A stretch of DNA of 64,000 nt from Candidatus Omnitrophota bacterium (GTDB taxonomy: Bacteria > Omnitrophota > Gorgyraeia > Gygaellales > Profunditerraquicolaceae): NCBI GenBank assembly GCA_030650425.1, contig JAUSED010000005.1:14932-78931 (forward strand), written 5' to 3'. The position numbers were made by a program, and so were the translations under genes. The number at the start of each line of letters is the position of its first letter. Positions within the stretch are counted from its first letter, which is position 1. The notes beneath the pieces are model-generated. The model ran no database searches. It saw only the letters and a program-made list of their open reading frames with translations, and was not told the origin of the DNA. This document shows, piece by piece, positions 63,201-64,000 of the stretch.

Positions 63201-63999
63201 TAGGAGTTGTATACTTAAAGGCCAGAATGAGCTGCCTCAATATTTTGACAAAACTAATGCTGATTATACAGTAATTCCGGAGCTGGAAGCTTTCTTAAAA
63301 GCGGCAGATGTATTTATTCAGATGATGGACAAAGATTCGCGTTTCATACAAGAAGAAATCAATCAGGGATTACCCAGGGAAGGGCTGCCAAGAGAGGAAA
63401 CAGAAGAAACAATAAGCAAGAACCTGGGCCCATTTTATCAAGCGCTAAAAGGCCTTGAGAAATTAAAAGATAATTTTACAGAGCGGGTAAATTTATATAT
63501 GAACCTATGTGTTAGCGCCAGTAATGCGGCGCTTGTGACAATGAACAAATTATTATTCTGGACAGGGTATTCGATGTGGCCATGTGAAGACTTGAATAAA
63601 TTTATTAAAGAGATAGTGGAGCCTTTTAGGGCGCAGCACTTTGGTTATCTTCGAGAAAGCGCATTCACTAAAGCAGAGCCGCAGAAATTACTGGACGCGG
63701 GAATAGCAAGGAAAGCGGATGGGCGAATACATTGGAGCGTCTCTAGCGAGCAGGAATTATATCAGAAATTAGCCGAACTAGAGAATTCAAACATTGAATT
63801 TGTGGTTAAACAATGGAAGGCCTGGCGCAAGATCGAATTTACGATCAAAATCTCGAAGTTCTTAAAGGCCGGAGAAGTTTCTGTCTATACAGATGTTATA
63901 AGGGATACTTTGACAGACCTTGCTAACAATGCCATAAAGTACAGCGGGGCAAACAAAATAGAGATTAAGGTTTTCCATAAAAAAGGCGAGGCGCATTTT
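1..63999 (+). CDS. Giant multidomain membrane protein, partial at both ends (>21,300 aa in window), with SSP-linker-separated modules
   Basis: Frame +1 translates into recognisable domains from the first codons (GVGTALFDEF) to the last (NNAIKYSG...EAHF). I found no stop in the stretches read codon by codon, including across the nested genes. The ORF track reports no frame +1 ORF (all its + ORFs are frame +2), as expected if the frame never closes. Confidence 0.95.
400..700 (+). other. Domain: GGDEF (diguanylate cyclase-like)
   Basis: AYIGFGDMVGVRVMN...AIRIGGDEIGIILP (GGDEI at ~568-582). Confidence 0.8.
1200..1750 (+). other. Domain: degenerate GGDEF
   Basis: FKVINDFKNHQTANQVI...VVRAPPDSFYLVVP; signature replaced by PPDSF. 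Confidence 0.6.
2491..2895 (+). other. Domain: response regulator receiver (REC)
   Basis: LKILLVDDE...YDLILTDLDMPRMGG...PVIMTSG...FLSKPY. Confidence 0.92.
3900..4500 (+). other. Domain: protein-kinase-like fold 1
   Basis: GSHKRVF...FILKVF...YITDPKPENIII...FIDLD. Confidence 0.75.
4822..6130 (+). other. Module: internal Tat-like signal plus (alpha/alpha)6 six-hairpin glycosidase-like domain 1
   Basis: SSP-MAKNIPLTRRGFIKLTAFLVGLG, then YSYDMA...GPMAWLG...KSTENN...FASDTSSW...SIEWSSQF...PYA...TGHG, motifs shared with the domain at 12860. Confidence 0.65.
6300..7790 (+). other. Domain: processive GT2 glycosyltransferase (cellulose-synthase-like) with TM helices
   Basis: LPQVTVQIPTRNEP, GYKAGNLN, ILDVDS, GFVQ, FYGHNGIWRKSAL..IGGW..TVSED; QxxRW replaced by RTRKF. 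Confidence 0.9.
7860..8262 (+). other. Domain: carbohydrate-binding-module-like beta-sandwich
   Basis: PVDVTHYDYLIVRVKGAQGGERIQVNLRD...WQDVSIDLS...IDLSHL...IEIERIYF. Confidence 0.7.
9360..9453. repeat. Palindromic (RPE/REP-like) element inserted in frame
   Basis: Terminal inverted repeat gtcattacga / tcgcaatgac (9/10 match); inner stems aagcaatc/gattgctt (9386-9412) and tccgcc/ggcgga (9418-9439). Confidence 0.75.
9530..11760 (+). other. Region: polytopic transmembrane block
   Basis: Many successive hydrophobic stretches of about 20 aa, from VSLASLFIAGAALYLGYLL to FVGLLIIGVEIGLAVVLAHIV. Confidence 0.85.
12232..12381 (+). other. Domain: LysM peptidoglycan-binding
   Basis: YIVKPGDNLSTIAQKTLGKAGLWPKIYELNKKVIGSNPNLIFAGQKFSLP. 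Confidence 0.95.
12860..13880 (+). other. Domain: six-hairpin glycosidase-like domain 2
   Basis: SYIYDLAV...TGPLAHL...VSTEHQ...AADLGPWAMLALG...SFEWSAF...LPYAS...TGFNW. Confidence 0.65.
15660..16980 (+). other. Region: long coiled coil
   Basis: A/Q/E/K/L-rich heptad-like sequence, e.g. ELNNIANAKSAYQNELTKAQAGIESANQELSTVNAKISEAEQLL. Confidence 0.7.
17040..17980 (+). other. Region: putative outer-membrane beta-barrel-like segment
   Basis: Alternating amphipathic strands with aromatic ends: YYAVDLNFGYE, GINFFVRW, PGIGAKYSF, TLDFGWK, YYSASLEIP, FYGLKVG. Confidence 0.5.
23650..25860 (+). other. Domain: FKS/callose synthase (GT48)-like glucan synthase with C-terminal TM helices
   Basis: Ordered correspondence to FKS motifs: RVIIYFFN, LTMHISAYTDNVL, FYEEWIFF, WVAYRGTYLYNT, YYGK, IEDTASG, IRERGWFKG, FIIGPFLNN. 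Confidence 0.7.
26440..27970 (+). other. Domain: HAD-superfamily phosphatase (IIB-like) with large inserts
   Basis: VFIFDIDGTV...VVIVS...KGGK...MYFGDE...GND. Confidence 0.8.
28850..29500 (+). other. Region: coiled coil following a TM/HEAT-like module
   Basis: RINRLEKEIKEIENL...LEAKLNESRQQE...LSTVKRELAALDKV. Confidence 0.65.
29521..29681 (+). repeat. 161-bp dispersed repeat, copy 1 (copy 2 at 50503-50663)
   Basis: 7 mismatches counted by eye over 161 nt; encodes GALVGTRFEQQVARLMGVGSLSETLRGID.RTKEELANGAIGQI.SFLAAKGLS. Confidence 0.95.
29725..31080 (+). other. Domain: sugar-phosphate nucleotidyltransferase-like (GT-A NTP transferase)
   Basis: VRPIVMAAGNATRF...HK...KGHGDAF...VAFGE...SNTGIF. 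Confidence 0.7.
31620..35090 (+). other. Module copy A: expanded YvcK/GlmR (CofD-related) domain plus degenerate 2H-phosphoesterase-like domain
   Basis: CFGGGSG...SIDDGGST...PSVGDL...GASIRNL...TFGPGSFFTS..PHFLVKG...IFNP..DNET; C-terminal LRLSL / LNFTLGR pattern. Confidence 0.75.
35158..36630 (+). other. Domain: glycogen synthase (GlgA, GT5)-like, catalytically degenerate
   Basis: MHIVMVSAEAYP..., PDVIHVHDW, NWLKAGI, IAGSDIYIMP, LRYGTVPVV, GMQQDFSW; KTGGL changed to YAGFL and EPCGL to VPGSF. Confidence 0.9.
37850..38850 (+). other. Domain: ROK-family sugar kinase 1
   Basis: VGLDMGGSYIK...INDGDA...LKLGTGLAG...HEFGR...LSGGV...GAIGAA. Confidence 0.85.
38910..42355 (+). other. Module copy B: paralogue of 31620-35090 (YvcK plus 2H-like)
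   Basis: Collinear motifs CFGGGSG, SIDDGGAT, GASIRNLLLLGAIDYLG, MQTH.TE, TFGPGSFFTS, KEAKKSRGPLYLT, LRLSLLAVVRTKNY. Confidence 0.85.
42815..43790 (+). other. Domain: ROK-family sugar kinase 2
   Basis: FGLDIGGSDLK...INDGDAAA...GGTGLAMG...TEGG...QYISQRAV...QAVGA. Confidence 0.85.
43837..45230 (+). other. Domain: phosphomannomutase/phosphoglucomutase (complete)
   Basis: IFKTNDIR, VGRDVR, MITASHNP..YNGFK, FDGDADR, GGEQSGH, DDG, RASGTQP. Confidence 0.95.
46170..46800 (+). other. Domain: protein-kinase-like fold 2
   Basis: RGNNKQVY...FREFAEGRNL...IGDPTPFNIV...KIIDLD. Confidence 0.7.
46870..48030 (+). other. Domain: YvcK/GlmR-like (compact, third copy)
   Basis: LGGGSGP...TVFDNAGSTG..R...PAVGDLRN...NVGNIILA...GEHEI...ADIIIIGPGS...HNSEKIA. 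Confidence 0.9.
48240..48582 (+). other. Domain: HATPase_c (RsbW/anti-sigma-kinase-like)
   Basis: ALREAIDNSIAHA...EVKDEG...GKGIGLKII...GNKLVLEK. Confidence 0.8.
48640..48940 (+). repeat. Linker repeat family 'TGLxPP', copy 1 (others at ~54200-54465 and ~59235-59475)
   Basis: Shared DNA such as gcaatggt.att...gcttcaagc...atttta.taaagcc, ccaataggttccataaacg.tctacaata and cccggaatt. Confidence 0.8.
49720..50330 (+). other. Domain: CCA-adding/poly(A) polymerase-like nucleotidyltransferase
   Basis: ILMGGGVRDIF...TDADVS...ALEDLLAGRTRLIG...LLRMLRL. Confidence 0.75.
50503..50663 (+). repeat. 161-bp dispersed repeat, copy 2
   Basis: Near-identical to 29521-29681; both copies start just after an SSP linker. 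Confidence 0.95.
50910..51420 (+). other. Domain: protein-kinase-like fold 3
   Basis: IGEGGYSTVFK...FVLKI...TQEFV...DVKLANV...IKIFDIDLAR. Confidence 0.8.
51720..52190 (+). other. Domain: GNAT acetyltransferase
   Basis: YVYQMAVMPRYQSRGIGAGLF...CHVSINNPSGEFY. Confidence 0.9.
52440..52900 (+). other. Domain: Mpv17/PMP22-like membrane domain (tentative)
   Basis: LVFGTLTDYLAK...WIFGQNFIVQVLFPIERRALANAIISQLHSLYNSY. Confidence 0.4.
53300..53690 (+). other. Domain fragment: GDP-hexose phosphorylase (GDPGP1/VTC2)-like C-terminal part (tentative)
   Basis: HNLLF...KVYIFPRK...VAFFELGGELI...YEDIT...ENTSL. Confidence 0.45.
53731..53862 (-). pseudogene. hicA: hicA toxin remnant (C-terminal half only)
   Basis: Minus strand reads HSQDLTRRVVVPLHGSSSIKPGTLRAILKGAAISIEDFKGLLK*; the N-terminal half with the GSH motif is missing and the remnant overlaps the hicB end. 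Confidence 0.8.
53847..54044 (-). CDS. hicB: HicB-family antitoxin (65 aa), nested antisense
   Basis: MLRRFKIILEKEPSGGFSVTIPSLTGCATQGETLEEAIRNAKEAVSLY; AGGAGG SD just upstream of ATG at 54044. Confidence 0.92.
   Translation of the reverse strand: MLRRFKIILEKEPSGGFSVTIPSLTGCATQGETLEEAIRNAKEAVSLYIETMKEDNLPIPAILKT
54071..54099 (-). promoter_or_regulatory. sigma70 promoter of hicB
   Basis: TTGACT-17 nt-TATACT on the minus strand. Confidence 0.8.
54900..56020 (+). other. Region: HEAT-like repeats
   Basis: ERIAAAEALG, VTTRAAGCLIQLG, LRITIIKSLAKIA, LKVEIVRTLGE...AALAL. Confidence 0.7.
56515..56601 (+). repeat. 87-bp TA-flanking repeat, copy 1
   Basis: aatgtagacagtttatcc...gagttagaaaacaaatcc...ggccgctccagctcgccggcggaa; same length as copies at 61045 and 61960. 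Confidence 0.85.
56623..56883 (-). CDS. RelE/ParE-family toxin, nested antisense
   Basis: KVEFTPAGEREFKKL...KRVIEKI...HRFRVGKYRICF...VDTREDAYRK. Confidence 0.9.
   Translation of the reverse strand: MLTKVEFTPAGEREFKKLSLPLQKRVIEKIDLYIFSGKPLYFAKPLVNLPPATHRFRVGKYRICFYLVSGSIVIDGVDTREDAYRK
56892..57287 (-). CDS. Putative antitoxin (Phd/YefM-like N-terminal part), nested antisense
   Basis: GGAGG SD; AAVVDKNGAPKYFIF; C-terminal LKRGIEEAQALGLVSFDKIKHKLG; ends 8 nt upstream of the relE-like gene. Confidence 0.8.
   Translation of the reverse strand: MRSKSLVKSSKESVKIEPIEKFAAIPKKLKKSELKDFKAAAVVDKNGAPKYFIFDTGSLWDLLCAFDDRFEKSAPAKEYVFSNPGGWLIDGIEERLPINPKLASRLKRGIEEAQALGLVSFDKIKHKLGMS
57314..57343 (-). promoter_or_regulatory. 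sigma70 promoter of the antitoxin-relE operon
   Basis: TTGACA-18 nt-TATACT with extended -10 TG. Confidence 0.8.
59560..60420 (+). other. Domain: zincin-like metallopeptidase, variant motif
   Basis: TLVLHEIGE (60115) followed by EEEFFADAF. Confidence 0.55.
60682..61035 (+). other. Module: internal Tat-lipoprotein signal plus truncated six-hairpin-like domain
   Basis: SSSA-MGISRRSFIK...SLAGC-GGGGG...KSFIYDQGLAIRAL...ALAEKMID, then cut off by the 87-bp repeat. Confidence 0.65.
61045..61131 (+). repeat. 87-bp TA-flanking repeat, copy 2
   Basis: aacgtagacagtttatcc...gacttagaaaacaaatcc...agccgctccagctcgccggtggag. Confidence 0.85.
61176..61583 (-). CDS. PIN-domain (VapC-like) toxin, nested antisense
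   Basis: MLKVVIDTNIWISAL...LLKEL...CRDCEDDFILSLA...LVSLDKDIL...ILSPNEFL. Confidence 0.92.
   Translation of the reverse strand: MLKVVIDTNIWISALMNSSLTRPILNAFINEEFTLIVSEKLLKELNDTLSKPKVKRLIPANEAKELVALIDDKSHKLKTRLELDICRDCEDDFILSLAAESKVPLVSLDKDILVLKAKGFDILSPNEFLELLRKR
61585..61809 (-). CDS. Putative antitoxin (74 aa), nested antisense
   Basis: AGGAGG SD before ATG at 61809; MSKVTLELNTKQVENLIEELPLEEK...LSNDEIVRIVKKVRKAN; stop 1 nt from the PIN start. Confidence 0.85.
   Translation of the reverse strand: MSKVTLELNTKQVENLIEELPLEEKLIIARRLNLETWQLRFKNLISRIDKRIKNRRVLSNDEIVRIVKKVRKAN
61850..61878 (-). promoter_or_regulatory. sigma70 promoter of antitoxin-PIN operon 1
   Basis: TTGACG-17 nt-TATAAT. Confidence 0.8.
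61960..62046 (+). repeat. 87-bp TA-flanking repeat, copy 3
   Basis: aatacagacagtttacct...gagttaagaaataaatcc...ggccgctccagttcgcctgcggaa. Confidence 0.8.
62094..62513 (-). CDS. PIN-domain toxin (139 aa, TTG start), nested antisense
   Basis: GGGAGG SD then TTG-RLILDSNEY...IIEEV...GLKPADALI...LVTENRHF...VLTAESCL. Confidence 0.88.
   Translation of the reverse strand: MRLILDSNEYIFALGAVRYPPSEKLIEKIAERPEDITVRILRLIIEEVRDNLTPEAFKEFILLINAWTKIDEDFEVPFELGTKYETLGLKPADALIGAFSEYTGADALVTENRHFLSRRSADLPFKVLTAESCLKILSK
62494..62661 (-). CDS. Small putative antitoxin (55 aa), below the ORF-track cutoff
   Basis: GAGGTG SD; MRKNIQEVKKRIDKIRQLMSKVSSPCRGLSKQEIIEKIRKTREKIWEAKFAAHSR*; overlaps the PIN start by 20 nt. 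Confidence 0.75.
   Translation of the reverse strand: MRKNIQEVKKRIDKIRQLMSKVSSPCRGLSKQEIIEKIRKTREKIWEAKFAAHSR
62681..62709 (-). promoter_or_regulatory. sigma70 promoter of antitoxin-PIN operon 2
   Basis: TTGACT-17 nt-TAACCT with extended -10 TG. Confidence 0.65.
63150..63999 (+). other. Domain: histidine kinase (HisKA plus start of HATPase), runs off the window
   Basis: DLMHDLRGN...TLTDLANNAIKYSG. Confidence 0.8.
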
Positions 64000-64000
64000 A

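Noticed and set aside
1-64000. Alternative genetic code (stop-codon reassignment) as the reason no long ORFs were listed
   Set aside because: Frame +1 needs no recoding; it simply has no stop in the window. The nested genes end at TAA, TAG and TGA normally.

Overview
The whole window lies inside one gene. Frame +1 appears free of stop codons from base 1 to 64000 (>21,300 codons, standard code), with both ends outside the window. The ORF track has no frame +1 ORF, only short shadow ORFs and the nested genes described below. The product is a giant modular membrane protein of the kind known from Omnitrophota (OP3); that assignment is an inference. About 45 Ser-Ser-Pro (SSP) linkers separate modules: GNAT, GGDEF, REC, kinase-like, GT2, CBM, six-hairpin glycosidase-like, LysM, FKS/callose-synthase-like (GT48), HAD, NTP-transferase, YvcK x3, GlgA, ROK x2, PGM/PMM, CCA/polyA-polymerase-like, HATPase, HEAT, zincin and a histidine kinase. 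An SSP-free core (~9.4-28.2 kb) looks like a trans-envelope glucan synthesis/export unit. Most strikingly, four toxin-antitoxin operons (hicB with a broken hicA, Phd-like/RelE, and two antitoxin/PIN pairs) are nested on the antisense strand at 53.7-62.7 kb. Each has its own sigma70 promoter and Shine-Dalgarno site, sits between SSP linkers and does not interrupt the giant frame. Three are preceded by the same 87-bp repeat. This resembles an in-frame, integron-like cassette array inside a single gene. All domain calls come from motifs read by eye, and domain boundaries are approximate.
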